From assembly GCA_005400705.1 (NCBI GenBank), contig GCA_005400705.1_4079.1: 64,000 nt of DNA, one strand, 5' to 3'. This DNA is from Escherichia coli (GTDB lineage: Bacteria; Pseudomonadota; Gammaproteobacteria; Enterobacterales; Enterobacteriaceae). Positions 33,051-42,680 of the stretch are shown one piece after another (within the stretch, counting starts at the first letter, position 1; each line of letters opens with the position of its first letter). A program made the position numbers and the translations under genes. The notes under the pieces are model-generated. The model was not told where the DNA came from. It ran no database searches and was given only the letters and a program-made list of their open reading frames with translations.

Positions 33051-33281
33051 ATGCAAAATGAAATGATATACTTAACACATGATGAATTTCAAGAGAAGAT
33101 GTTAAAAGCCAATAACATTACTCTTAAGTTCGTTCCAAATCAATCAATATATGAAATGTCTGCGAATGTATTGTTTGAGAAGCTACCATACGTTCTTGGA
33201 ACTGATAAACAAGAATTTATGGTTCAAAATATGATTGAGCATCTTGCAATGAGTATTATGGAAAAAGTAAATGCAAAATGA
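33051..33281 (+). CDS. Family B small protein
   Basis: 76 aa; core LGTDKQEFMV. Confidence 0.6.
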   Translation: MQNEMIYLTHDEFQEKMLKANNITLKFVPNQSIYEMSANVLFEKLPYVLGTDKQEFMVQNMIEHLAMSIMEKVNAK

Positions 33282-33531
33282 AATGAAATACTTAACATAT
33301 AATGAATACGTCGAGAGATTAGTTAGTGCCAAGAGATATGCCAATCAACTTCCTAATGATCCAAACCAAACCCCAGAGGAAAAGAATGCGGAAGCTCTAT
33401 TCCAAGCACTACCATACCTTCTTGGAACTGATAGGCAGGAGTATCACGTTGAACGTATAATTAAATCTCTTAAAATCACTATTAAGGAAAAAGTAAATGC
33501 AAAAGGAAATGATATACTTAACAGACGATGA
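33271..33531 (+). CDS. Family B small protein
   Basis: 86 aa; core LGTDRQEYHV. Confidence 0.6.
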   Translation: MQNEMKYLTYNEYVERLVSAKRYANQLPNDPNQTPEEKNAEALFQALPYLLGTDRQEYHVERIIKSLKITIKEKVNAKGNDILNRR

Positions 33532-33754
33532 GTTAAAAGAACGATTAATTAAATCCAGAAAACTTACAAATCAACTTCCAAACGACACAAACAAGTCACC
33601 TGCCGAAAGGAGTGCAGAAGTTTTATACATTCAACTCATGTACTTTCTTGGAACTGACAGACAAGAGTATTACATTGAAAGTATGCTTCGATATCTTAAA
33701 TTCTCTATAAAGGAAAAGATACATGCTCAAGAATTTAAAAATCCTAACAGCTAA
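33497..33754 (+). CDS. Family B small protein
   Basis: 85 aa; core LGTDRQEYYI. Confidence 0.6.
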   Translation: MQKEMIYLTDDELKERLIKSRKLTNQLPNDTNKSPAERSAEVLYIQLMYFLGTDRQEYYIESMLRYLKFSIKEKIHAQEFKNPNS

Positions 33755-33980
33755 TGAATATCATAAGATTGTAATGGAAACTAATAGTGCTTACGCTAAA
33801 AAATCAAACCCAAAGTATATACTGGAACACACATTTGAAGAACGTCAATTAGCTCTAGTTGAAGCAAAACTTCTTGCACTATTAGGAACAAACTATCAGG
33901 AAGAATACAATAGAAAACTAATATACCTTTTAACTAAACACATCAGGAAAAGAAAAAAGCATGAAACACTTGACAGATGA
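33723..33980 (+). CDS. Family B small protein
   Basis: 85 aa; core LGTNYQEEYN. Confidence 0.6.
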   Translation: MLKNLKILTANEYHKIVMETNSAYAKKSNPKYILEHTFEERQLALVEAKLLALLGTNYQEEYNRKLIYLLTKHIRKRKKHETLDR

Positions 33981-34191
33981 TGAACATGGGCTTATAGTAA
34001 TGGATGTAATCAACATCGAATTCAAAAAGTTGATACGCTACCGTTGTTATGAAGATAAGCAACTCGTTCTAGCAGAACAGAAGTTGTTTCGACTCTTAAA
34101 CACAAACTACCAAGCACAATACGAAGAATCGTATATGTACCTTTTGGCGAGGAAAGCAAAAAGAGATTATGAAAATTTTAAGCCACGATAA
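33961..34191 (+). CDS. Family B small protein
   Basis: 76 aa; core LNTNYQAQYE. Confidence 0.6.
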   Translation: MKHLTDDEHGLIVMDVINIEFKKLIRYRCYEDKQLVLAEQKLFRLLNTNYQAQYEESYMYLLARKAKRDYENFKPR

Positions 34192-34384
34192 ACAAACAGA
34201 ATTGTTAATCTTTAATACAAGTAAATTCTTAAACATAACATTGTCTGATATAGATGAGGATGAAAAAGAGTTACTTAGAGCAGATTTAAGAGTTCTTTTA
34301 TATATTGGAACTAACTTCCAAGAGCAATTCGTTGAGGACTACATCGATGAACTTAAAGAATCTGTACTGAGAACATGCAAATGA
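34169..34384 (+). CDS. Family B small protein
   Basis: 71 aa; core IGTNFQEQFV. Confidence 0.65.
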   Translation: MKILSHDKQTELLIFNTSKFLNITLSDIDEDEKELLRADLRVLLYIGTNFQEQFVEDYIDELKESVLRTCK

Positions 34385-34626
34385 AAATCCTTTCACCAAG
34401 TGAATACCACGAACTATTAAGTAGTTTAATTCTAAAATTGTATATAGCAAAGACCACAGATTTACCAGATGAAGAAAAAAATATTCTAATGAGTGAAATC
34501 TATGTTAATTCTACCCTAGGGACTAACTATCAAGAATGTAATATTAATGATTACATCAAAGAACTAAAAAGGTTTATCCAATGCAAATGCGAATCATTAC
34601 CGGAGAAGAATACCGAACAATCATAA
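34375..34626 (+). CDS. Family B small protein
   Basis: 83 aa; core LGTNYQECNI. Confidence 0.65.
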   Translation: MQMKILSPSEYHELLSSLILKLYIAKTTDLPDEEKNILMSEIYVNSTLGTNYQECNINDYIKELKRFIQCKCESLPEKNTEQS

Positions 34627-34823
34627 ATGGACTGTTTTTGAAGTTATTTGCCATTAACACATCAAAACTACCAGATACGGATAAAATTATTAAGTTAAAT
34701 GAAATCTACGTTCAAGCAACTCTAGGAACTAACTATCAAGAAGCCAATGTTTATAATTACATTAATACACTTAAAAGGGTAATACAATTAAAATGCACAG
34801 ACAGCACATACACAAACCCCTAG
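34581..34823 (+). CDS. Family B small protein
   Basis: 80 aa; core LGTNYQEANV. Confidence 0.65.
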   Translation: MQMRIITGEEYRTIINGLFLKLFAINTSKLPDTDKIIKLNEIYVQATLGTNYQEANVYNYINTLKRVIQLKCTDSTYTNP

Positions 34824-35023
34824 GAACAGCAGAATACATTGAACTAATGGCAGCAAACTTCTCATCCTTTCAGAAACTGATGCAAGAATCAAATAATGAT
34901 TTAGAATATCATATCAAAAGTTCAGATTTAAGATTGTTACTCACTCTAGGAACAGACAGTCAGTACAAATTCGTACAGGAGCATATTAGAGCACTTTTAA
35001 ATGGCATCAGGAATAAACTATGA
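34793..35023 (+). CDS. Family B small protein
   Basis: 76 aa; core LGTDSQYKFV. Confidence 0.6.
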   Translation: MHRQHIHKPLGTAEYIELMAANFSSFQKLMQESNNDLEYHIKSSDLRLLLTLGTDSQYKFVQEHIRALLNGIRNKL

Positions 35024-35235
35024 AGGTAATATCAAACCAAGAGTACTTGGCACTATTCAGAAAAAATAGTCAAGAATTTCTGAATCTTGATACAAGAACT
35101 GATATAAGTGAACTTGAAAAAAATCTTTTGCGTTCAGAGATGATAGTACTGACACTCTTAGGAACACAGCACCAAGAGAGAACTGTTAATTCACACATAG
35201 GGATTCTTATACAGATAGTACAGGAAAAGATATGA
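35020..35235 (+). CDS. Family B small protein
   Basis: 71 aa; core LGTQHQERTV. Confidence 0.65.
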   Translation: MKVISNQEYLALFRKNSQEFLNLDTRTDISELEKNLLRSEMIVLTLLGTQHQERTVNSHIGILIQIVQEKI

Positions 35236-35453
35236 GAATCATAACACAACAAGATATTCTTAAGTTCACAAGGGTTCATGCATCTGAATTTGATGCTATA
35301 TTATCAAAAAGTTACAACAACCCTTATACAGAAGATGTACACTACAGTGAATTATGGGTGTATATACTTTTAGGTACAGATCATCAAGAGCAAGCAGTAC
35401 AGAAGTATTTGTTAGCGTTAAGTACTGCTACTGCTAATGGAGTATGTGTTTAA
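35232..35453 (+). CDS. Family B small protein
   Basis: 73 aa; core LGTDHQEQAV. Confidence 0.65.
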   Translation: MRIITQQDILKFTRVHASEFDAILSKSYNNPYTEDVHYSELWVYILLGTDHQEQAVQKYLLALSTATANGVCV

Positions 35454-35697
35454 TATGAAAGTACTGACAGAATTAGAAATGTATCATAGATTTAATAAGT
35501 ACTATCATTTACTTAAACCTATACAGAGGATTAAGTGTCCCTTTGTAGTGAAACAGGTATTAATTTATGAGCATAAGTTATTTGTATCATTAGGTACGAA
35601 TGAACAAGAGTATTATTTGAAGTTGTACTTAATTACTTTAATTGAATTGATTAATTACAAAACTCAGAAAGCGAAGAAATCTAAAAATGAAAACTAA
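35437..35697 (+). CDS. Family B small protein
   Basis: 86 aa; core LGTNEQEYYL. Confidence 0.6.
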   Translation: MEYVFNMKVLTELEMYHRFNKYYHLLKPIQRIKCPFVVKQVLIYEHKLFVSLGTNEQEYYLKLYLITLIELINYKTQKAKKSKNEN

Positions 35698-36028
35698 AAT
35701 TCAACTCAGGGTATACATATCGTATGAAAATATATACGTTAAAAGTAGTCTATGTAAAGATGTAATGGACTACAAAGGTAAACCATTCACAGTTACTTAC
35801 AGTTTAACAGGAGGTTTATATATCTCTTTTGCTAATTACGAAAATAATATGTACGAACACATTGACATTGAAGATTTAAGTACTTTATCACCAGAGGAAT
35901 ACTTCCAGGAATCATTAGTATGGGATTTAGAGTTCCCTATGCCATTAGTACATAAGATGATAGTACTAATGAAAGAATCTAAACAGGAGCCTAATAGTGC
36001 TTATGAAGAACACATTATTGAGTATTAA
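35687..36028 (+). CDS. Family C protein (embedded in family B array)
   Basis: 113 aa; core EEYFQESLVWD. Confidence 0.65.
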   Translation: MKTKIQLRVYISYENIYVKSSLCKDVMDYKGKPFTVTYSLTGGLYISFANYENNMYEHIDIEDLSTLSPEEYFQESLVWDLEFPMPLVHKMIVLMKESKQEPNSAYEEHIIEY

Positions 36029-36040
36029 GAGTACTGATAT

Positions 36041-36256
36041 ATGAAAAGATTATCATACAAAGATTACAGTAAACTTATCAGTACTTTACAACCAGAAATT
36101 AGAAGAATTAATTATCTTCCTATATCTAACGAAGAACGTGTAGTACTGAAAAATGAGTTAATCTTAAAACGCACAGTAGGTACTAACTATCAAGATAATA
36201 GTGTTCGCGATTTAATTAGAGGGTTAATGATCACAATAAAGGCCAAGTGCTATTGA
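36041..36256 (+). CDS. Family B small protein
   Basis: 71 aa; core VGTNYQDNSV. Confidence 0.65.
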   Translation: MKRLSYKDYSKLISTLQPEIRRINYLPISNEERVVLKNELILKRTVGTNYQDNSVRDLIRGLMITIKAKCY

Positions 36257-36262
36257 CAGTAC

Positions 36263-36291
36263 TTGACGGAGCTTTTCATTACTGATATAGT
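36263..36291 (+). promoter_or_regulatory. Internal sigma70-like promoter
   Basis: TTGACG 36263-36268, 17 nt, TATAGT 36286-36291. Confidence 0.4.
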
Positions 36292-36320
36292 GCATCAACG
36301 TTAATCATAGGGTACAGATT

Positions 36321-36566
36321 ATGTTAAAATTTTTAAATTTCCTTATCGTCTTGTGTATTGTTCTTGGAATTGCACCGTTTGTATTAGCGTATCTGGATTC
36401 AGATGAAATGCAGAAGATGAATTGCACAAAGACAGGACAGAGTAGAGAAGAGACGGTTATGATGCCTGTAACGGTTATTGTGAATAACATACCAATTACG
36501 AACATGATTCCTACCCTAACGACAACGTACCAGTACTCTTGTGCTGACGGAGAGAGGTGGAGATGA
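36321..36566 (+). CDS. Small membrane protein
   Basis: 81 aa; hydrophobic N-terminus MLKFLNFLIVLCIVLGIAPFVLAYL. Confidence 0.55.
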   Translation: MLKFLNFLIVLCIVLGIAPFVLAYLDSDEMQKMNCTKTGQSREETVMMPVTVIVNNIPITNMIPTLTTTYQYSCADGERWR

Positions 36567-36874
36567 AATTTAATATAGCAAAAACATCGAGTATATGTAT
36601 TTTTGGTTATTCCTATGAATTGGGTGATATTGACATTCTATTGTACAAAACGAATGGTGTTATGCATTTCAAGTACCAGGATGAAGAGGCAGACAATTAT
36701 CTTTTACCTAATTTAGTACAAATGCAGGAAGAGGAATTATTCCAGTACAGCTTAATATACGACATTGATATTTGCACGATGCCAGTATTAATTAGTATTC
36801 AAAAAGTGATGCTCGATATGTATGATAAGCTAATACAAGGTATGTCAGGGAGGATCATTGAAATCGATATATAA
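36557..36874 (+). CDS. Family C protein
   Basis: 105 aa; core EELFQYSLIYD. Confidence 0.65.
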   Translation: MEMKFNIAKTSSICIFGYSYELGDIDILLYKTNGVMHFKYQDEEADNYLLPNLVQMQEEELFQYSLIYDIDICTMPVLISIQKVMLDMYDKLIQGMSGRIIEIDI

Positions 36875-37070
36875 GAATTTACCTAATGAATATTTGTTGA
36901 AGTACAAAGAGTTTATTAAAGATGTATATGTAGATCCTTTTAATATCAAATTTGCAGAGTTCGAAGTATCATTTTATCTAGGGACAATAGTACAGGACCA
37001 ATACGTTGATAATCTAATAAGGTGTTTGAAAAAGGAGATACAATGCAGACCCAAATGTACAAAAAAATAA
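36858..37070 (+). CDS. Family B small protein
   Basis: 70 aa; core LGTIVQDQYV. Confidence 0.6.
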   Translation: MKSIYKNLPNEYLLKYKEFIKDVYVDPFNIKFAEFEVSFYLGTIVQDQYVDNLIRCLKKEIQCRPKCTKK

Positions 37071-37306
37071 ACTGTTATTTGTATGCATCAAAGTACAGGG
37101 ATTTTTGTTTACGAGGGGGAGAGGAAGATTTTGCTCTGAGATTATCGGAATTTAATATGTTATTTTATCTTGGTACATCAGTACAAGAAGAAATGGTACA
37201 GAAATTTATCAATCACCTTGTACAAAAAATTAATATGCAAATTTTGATGCTTGAGTTACAGAATGAGATAAACAAATATGAACCCAACAATAGTACAGGA
37301 TCTTAA
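37043..37306 (+). CDS. Family B small protein
   Basis: Track ORF trimmed to ATG 37043 after SD aaaggag; core LGTSVQEEMV. Confidence 0.6.
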   Translation: MQTQMYKKINCYLYASKYRDFCLRGGEEDFALRLSEFNMLFYLGTSVQEEMVQKFINHLVQKINMQILMLELQNEINKYEPNNSTGS

Positions 37307-37667
37307 ACAAGTAATATTCCTTTTGAATACAAGAAGTGAAATGTATACAGAGTTTAAAGAGATTAATGCATTTTATCAGAATTTTGTAATTCAAGAGTTC
37401 AGTGATTTAATTACAGATGCATTATTTGAATTATCGGAAAAATACAAAGGAACAGAGTTCAGTGTTAAAAATGTATTACGTTCTTTATCAACGCGTATAA
37501 TAAAATTAGATCATTTCAAATTTGAAAATAAAGATTTATTCAGTCACAATCCAAGTACAGCTTTATATTTTATTCCTGATTCAGACAAAAATCATCCTAT
37601 TCATTACGGATGGATTTTGTCGTACATAGTACAAGGAAAGGAGTATCCTATTAAATGGAACGATTAG
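37278..37667 (+). CDS. Hypothetical protein
   Basis: 129 aa ORF, no family motif. Confidence 0.5.
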   Translation: MNPTIVQDLKQVIFLLNTRSEMYTEFKEINAFYQNFVIQEFSDLITDALFELSEKYKGTEFSVKNVLRSLSTRIIKLDHFKFENKDLFSHNPSTALYFIPDSDKNHPIHYGWILSYIVQGKEYPIKWND

Positions 37668-37815
37668 GGCGATTAGATTATTACACAATTAATACAAATT
37701 ATTTGTTGCGTAATATAAAATCCGATTACAAAATATGGATAAAGAACAGAGATAGTATGTGTTATGAATTTTATTTAGATTATGCCATCAAACGCTTTTT
37801 AAGAGAAGAACATTA

Positions 37816-38007
37816 ATGCACACACCGCACAAAGAGCACAAAAATACAAAAACGATAAATGTTTTAAATGATTCTTTATTGGTGAGTATAAATTTATATT
37901 ATAAAATTCATTTAAATGGTGGTATTGAAAATTTTAGTTATTATTTGAGTGCAATATCGCAAGAGCATTTAATATACCAAGATCATTTATTGCACCCGAA
38001 TCCATAA
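37816..38007 (+). CDS. Hypothetical small protein
   Basis: 63 aa ORF, low complexity. Confidence 0.3.
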   Translation: MHTPHKEHKNTKTINVLNDSLLVSINLYYKIHLNGGIENFSYYLSAISQEHLIYQDHLLHPNP

Positions 38008-38015
38008 GGCGAATT

Positions 38016-38561
38016 ATGAATGAGATAGAATTATTAGCACACAAGATTAGTACAATAATGCTTATCCTAAATAACAACCATCCTATATCGCAGATAGATG
38101 GAATCCTGAGTCAGAGGACAGGTGGTAGTTTATATTTGACATTAACAGAGGTTATCGCAAGGAATTACATTGATATTGAAATCGAGAACAGTGATGCATC
38201 AGGAAAGGTTGATGTAGGTGCATTAATCAGTTCAAATCCAGTATCAGCATCCCCATTGACCAAAGGTGTTAGTACAGGATTCGAAGGGTATTTGTGGTAC
38301 AATACCAATGATGATTATTTTATATATCAGCATTCCAATACAAATTATGATGAAGACAAATTTCAGTTCATAGACCCTTATGATGAAGCTGAAGTATTTC
38401 AAAAATCATTAATCACAAAACCGCATGAGATGATGTATCTAATGTTATTCAGTACAATGCATTTGAATCCATTAATTAAAGGTTTAAAATTTTATATTCA
38501 ATTAAATTTAGTCCATGTAGTTTATGATTTATTAATGCAAGGATATAGTTATGAAGTATAA
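38016..38561 (+). CDS. Family C protein
   Basis: 181 aa; core EAEVFQKSLITK. Confidence 0.65.
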   Translation: MNEIELLAHKISTIMLILNNNHPISQIDGILSQRTGGSLYLTLTEVIARNYIDIEIENSDASGKVDVGALISSNPVSASPLTKGVSTGFEGYLWYNTNDDYFIYQHSNTNYDEDKFQFIDPYDEAEVFQKSLITKPHEMMYLMLFSTMHLNPLIKGLKFYIQLNLVHVVYDLLMQGYSYEV

Positions 38562-38862
38562 AATGATGTATACCCCAGATATGATTTATGTTGAATTAGA
38601 AGATGATGACGATGGGTGGAATTTGATTTATTCAAGAAGTTCAGGTTGGTACATGGCACATTTAAATGATTCGATAGTTACAGATTATTTTGTAGATTTC
38701 AATACATTATCCGATGAAGAATTGTTCCAACAGCAATTAGTGATTGACACGGGTGGTTATGATGTCTTATTATTAAAAAAGATACAAAAAGCTGTTATTG
38801 ATTTTAAGCCCATGATATGGCAAAGGAAATATTATGACCTCGAAGTACCATACCAGCAATGA
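38551..38862 (+). CDS. Family C protein
   Basis: 103 aa; core EELFQQQLVID. Confidence 0.65.
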   Translation: MKYKMMYTPDMIYVELEDDDDGWNLIYSRSSGWYMAHLNDSIVTDYFVDFNTLSDEELFQQQLVIDTGGYDVLLLKKIQKAVIDFKPMIWQRKYYDLEVPYQQ

Positions 38863-39400
38863 AATTCAGTACACCTACGCTAATGCAATCCTTATGGGAC
38901 AAAAGTTAGCTTGTATTGTTGCAGCCTTATATAATGCCCAGAAATATCACAAGCGTCATTTCCACAAATGTATTGGTATTATTCCATCGAAGTACAATAC
39001 ATATATTGCGTGCACGAGTCATTTTGATAAACGATTCAATACACCTGATACCCCAAATGCCAGTAGTGTTATTGGTCTTTTGGATTTCGCACCTGGTGCT
39101 GTTATTGGAAAGAATGATTTAGAGTACACATGGTATAATAAAAATGCCCCGTTAGTAATGGGAAAATATGATACAGAAACGAATAAAACAATAGAGTACA
39201 ATACATATAAATCAGAGGAAGAATTTTTCCAAGGTTCATTGCTTGTACCAGTGCGTTTGTTGTTTTATAATGTCCTTATTAGTACAGTACACAATAGTCC
39301 ATTACACAAGAATCACAAAATTAATTTCAATTTTTGTGCTTATGCGATTGATGGTGTGTATGAGTGTTTAATGGAGGTATTGAGCTATGAAGCTGAATAA
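38834..39400 (+). CDS. Family C protein
   Basis: 188 aa; core EEFFQGSLLVP. Confidence 0.65.
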   Translation: MTSKYHTSNEIQYTYANAILMGQKLACIVAALYNAQKYHKRHFHKCIGIIPSKYNTYIACTSHFDKRFNTPDTPNASSVIGLLDFAPGAVIGKNDLEYTWYNKNAPLVMGKYDTETNKTIEYNTYKSEEEFFQGSLLVPVRLLFYNVLISTVHNSPLHKNHKINFNFCAYAIDGVYECLMEVLSYEAE

Positions 39401-39728
39401 TACATTTGATATTAATAAGTTAAGAGAATGGTTTTATAGTATTGAAATTGAAGCCATCCCGTATCATAGATATGAACAATATAATTTAACCAGTATTGAT
39501 ATCCGTGAGTTGTACGCGTATTATCAAAGTGCATTAGAGATGCATAAGTTATTTTTGAGTACAGATTTTGTTATAAATTACAATTTTGAGGAATTTAATA
39601 ATTATAATTTAGTACAGAAATATGTAGTAGCAAAGTACATGTACCTTCAAGGAATTACAAGTAATTTGGAATTCAATACAGTCCTGGCTTTAGTTGAGGT
39701 AATTTTATGCAGTACATGTATGATTTAG
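39387..39728 (+). CDS. Hypothetical protein
   Basis: 113 aa ORF; no clear family core. Confidence 0.5.
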   Translation: MKLNNTFDINKLREWFYSIEIEAIPYHRYEQYNLTSIDIRELYAYYQSALEMHKLFLSTDFVINYNFEEFNNYNLVQKYVVAKYMYLQGITSNLEFNTVLALVEVILCSTCMI

Positions 39729-40213
39729 AGTTTAGTTTAGATGCTGCCTTTAAATTTGTTCACAAGATAGAAACAATATACAGTACATTATGTGCAATAC
39801 AATCAGTATCATCTGAGTTTGATGTTGGTGAAAAATATCAGGTATGGAATAATACATTTCTAAACAAAGAACGTTGCTCTACGGGGTTTAATATTTTAAC
39901 ATTTAACCCCAGCAATTGTTACCCAGAGAAGCATGAACGTTATCCGAATGACGACATGTGGTTTGATTACACAAAAGATGGTGATATGTCATCCCTTGTA
40001 GTTCCTGATGATTTTAATGCCGAAGATTTAACGAAAGAGTGGTGGTTTCAACAGAATTTAGTACACGATGATATTGATTTATTTTTTTATGTAGTATTTA
40101 AAATGCTTTACCACAACAATATATTAAAAGATAGTGTGTTTTTTTCATGTCTATATATTGATGATTTGTACAATGAAATCCAAATCAACATGCCCAGAAC
40201 GCCTGTATCGTAA
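39707..40213 (+). CDS. Family C protein
   Basis: 168 aa; core KEWWFQQNLVHDD. Confidence 0.65.
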   Translation: MQYMYDLEFSLDAAFKFVHKIETIYSTLCAIQSVSSEFDVGEKYQVWNNTFLNKERCSTGFNILTFNPSNCYPEKHERYPNDDMWFDYTKDGDMSSLVVPDDFNAEDLTKEWWFQQNLVHDDIDLFFYVVFKMLYHNNILKDSVFFSCLYIDDLYNEIQINMPRTPVS

Positions 40214-40239
40214 GATATGGGCTTTTTTCGTTTTGGTAT

Positions 40240-40268
40240 TGACAAAGAAGTGCAAAGCTGTTATCATG
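40240..40268 (+). promoter_or_regulatory. Internal sigma70-like promoter (tattgacaaag class)
   Basis: gTATTGACAAAGaagtgcaaagctgtTATCAT; preceded by gggcttttttcg. Confidence 0.5.
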
Positions 40269-40295
40269 TGTAATCATTTTAAAGGAGAACATATA

Positions 40296-40817
40296 GTGAG
40301 TTTCATAATCCCAAGTACATACGAAGATGCATCAAGTGCAGTGTATAAGGTTCATTATATTTTTAATTTAATTATTAGTGCATCAAAAAATAAAATGTAT
40401 GCACCTCTTGTGAAATATGATAAAAATGAGGAAATTTTTGTTAGCACAGAACAAACGATTTTTCCATATTTCAAAGAAGATAGATTGTGGTTCATGCATT
40501 CAGTCGCATTACAAAGATATAATATAACAAGGTCCAATGAGCATGATTATTTGGATATACAATTAGATCAACCCGATATTGGAGAGGATGAATATTTTCA
40601 GTACAGCACAGTACACCACCATGAAGATATCTTTGCTGCTATGCTTATTGCTAAATTGAACACCGTTGATTTGGAGCAGCACAAATACAATAATAAATCA
40701 TGTAAGATCATAATCCCTGCATTCATTGCTCTTTATGATTACATTGTGCATAACAAAAAAGATGATACATATGCTTTCAATGAAGAGTATTTGAATTTTT
40801 TTAAGGAGAACATATGA
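40296..40817 (+). CDS. Family C protein (probable GTG start)
   Basis: Track ORF 40134-40817; ATG 40266 lies in the -10; in-frame GTG 40296 follows SD aaaggag; core DEYFQYSTVHHHE. Confidence 0.5.
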   Translation: MSFIIPSTYEDASSAVYKVHYIFNLIISASKNKMYAPLVKYDKNEEIFVSTEQTIFPYFKEDRLWFMHSVALQRYNITRSNEHDYLDIQLDQPDIGEDEYFQYSTVHHHEDIFAAMLIAKLNTVDLEQHKYNNKSCKIIIPAFIALYDYIVHNKKDDTYAFNEEYLNFFKENI

Positions 40818-41341
40818 GCAGTGAAGTGCTGAAATCAATGACATTCAATGAAATTGGTGCATTTAAAGATAAGATCATTGATTGCATTGAATACATGATT
40901 TGTAGTAATATCGAAAGTATTGAGATATTTAACAAGACAAATCGCTCTTACCATATGATGTACATTGCAAACAATAATGGTATCATTCCATTTATTTCGG
41001 ATAGTACAATATGGTACGCATGTGATACGAAAAAAACCACAATAGGTTTACATTCATTTGAGACACATTATGATCTAATTATTCCTGAACATTGTATGCA
41101 AGAAGAAGAATATTTTCAAATGCAATGTATACATTCACCATTAGTGTTGTTTAGTTTATATATTATACCTTATATCACCAAATGTGTTCATGAGAATAAA
41201 GCTCCGTGGAATCATGAATTTGTATCGTTGAAGTTATTGTATAATGTATTAGTAGAATATTATGATTACAGGCACAATGGTACAATCAGTGATGTATGGG
41301 ATTTTGAATCGCTAAGGGTGAAAACATACACAGGTGAATGA
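40814..41341 (+). CDS. Family C protein
   Basis: 175 aa; core EEEYFQMQCIHS. Confidence 0.65.
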   Translation: MSSEVLKSMTFNEIGAFKDKIIDCIEYMICSNIESIEIFNKTNRSYHMMYIANNNGIIPFISDSTIWYACDTKKTTIGLHSFETHYDLIIPEHCMQEEEYFQMQCIHSPLVLFSLYIIPYITKCVHENKAPWNHEFVSLKLLYNVLVEYYDYRHNGTISDVWDFESLRVKTYTGE

Positions 41342-41957
41342 TATGACCAGAATTAAAATGTATGATTTGATGCAGTACAGTAAAATTGCCATTCCAGTGC
41401 TTAATAAAGTGCTGGATGCATTCATTGCCAAATACCCTGAGAATTCAGTGTTATGTATTCCATTTAGTGTTCCAGATAAAGATGATATATTCCAAGTGAA
41501 TGTCAGTACACGTGGTATTACATTGCAGCAGAAATACATGGATACGGAATATTATGGAATAAAGTTGGATTCAGTACAGGGTTCAAAATCAGCCTATGAT
41601 TTTTTTGTTCCTAATAATATAGAGTCATGGGAAACAAACATTTCAAAGAAAGATGAAAATGATGTTCCTATTAGTGGTGTGTTCAACAATAAAGTTTTTT
41701 ATTATTACGAAACCGACAAATTCCCTGAAGAGTTATATTACAATTCAGAAATGAATGAAGATGTAGATGCATTCATGTTTCAATTATCGTTAGTACATGA
41801 TATCATTGATGTTCAAGAGTTAAGAGCAGAAATCAATTTAGCTAAAGAGTTATCGGACATGCTGCCACCGTTTAGTATGCTTTTTTGTGAAGGAGGTTAT
41901 TTTTCAAAAGAAGTGTTTGAACATTTCGTAGATGTTGTAAAAGGGTTGGATATATAG
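41334..41957 (+). CDS. Family C protein
   Basis: 207 aa; core DAFMFQLSLVHD. Confidence 0.65.
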   Translation: MNDMTRIKMYDLMQYSKIAIPVLNKVLDAFIAKYPENSVLCIPFSVPDKDDIFQVNVSTRGITLQQKYMDTEYYGIKLDSVQGSKSAYDFFVPNNIESWETNISKKDENDVPISGVFNNKVFYYYETDKFPEELYYNSEMNEDVDAFMFQLSLVHDIIDVQELRAEINLAKELSDMLPPFSMLFCEGGYFSKEVFEHFVDVVKGLDI

Positions 41958-41958
41958 T

Positions 41959-42153
41959 ATGCTTACAGTTGATGTTAAACAAAAATACCGTAAGTTTGAT
42001 TGGTTCACCGACAGTTTCCAGCTTGAATTATTACATTTGAATATCTGTGAAACATTATGTGCAGAAACACAAGATGAATTTGATGATAGAGTGCTTCACA
42101 TCGTAGTTCTTTCTTGCTTTAAACATTTTGGTTATTTTTTCGGACAGAATTGA
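41959..42153 (+). CDS. Hypothetical small protein (possible truncated family C)
   Basis: 64 aa; DSFQLELLHLN. Confidence 0.4.
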   Translation: MLTVDVKQKYRKFDWFTDSFQLELLHLNICETLCAETQDEFDDRVLHIVVLSCFKHFGYFFGQN

Positions 42154-42161
42154 GGTAAAAA

Positions 42162-42680
42162 ATGCATCAACACAAGCATCATTCATATGATTTTGCAATT
42201 AACATTATGAAGTTCATTCGAGCGTTGGAGGATGGGAAGCTTAGTCATAAGTACACCAAAGTGGGTGACAATTGGTTCAGAAATGATGATGATGAGTTCA
42301 GAAGTCATAAGATTGTTTACAGCAATAATTACAGTGCCAATTACCTACAAGATGTAGTGATGTGTTTTGAATACGTGTTACAGTTCAGGGGTTCCATCAG
42401 TCCTGAGCTAAGAGAACACATGTACATTCGATACCTACCAATGCTTAAGGATGAGAAATCAATATTCAATTCAGTACACCACAGAGTACGAGAGAGAACA
42501 TTCAGAGATATTTTGGAAGATGAAGCTGCCTATTTTCAGCAATCATTGATTGATGCTCCTGATGTGTTACAGATGCAGAATTTGTATAATGTATTAGATG
42601 CGAACATCGATACGGATATCTTTTTTTCCTTAAGTGATTATGAAACATTTTTGGAAGATTTAAAGGAAATAGGATTATGA
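42162..42680 (+). CDS. Family C protein
   Basis: 172 aa; core EAAYFQQSLIDA. Confidence 0.65.
   Translation: MHQHKHHSYDFAINIMKFIRALEDGKLSHKYTKVGDNWFRNDDDEFRSHKIVYSNNYSANYLQDVVMCFEYVLQFRGSISPELREHMYIRYLPMLKDEKSIFNSVHHRVRERTFRDILEDEAAYFQQSLIDAPDVLQMQNLYNVLDANIDTDIFFSLSDYETFLEDLKEIGL

Larger units (their letters stand above)
29781..37306 (+). repeat. Tandem array of family B small paralogous genes (about 30 copies; 2 more at 49364-49751)
   Basis: Back-to-back ORFs of 64-90 aa with central (L/I)GT(N/D)(Y/F)Q(E/D) motif; mostly ATGA overlaps. Confidence 0.75.
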
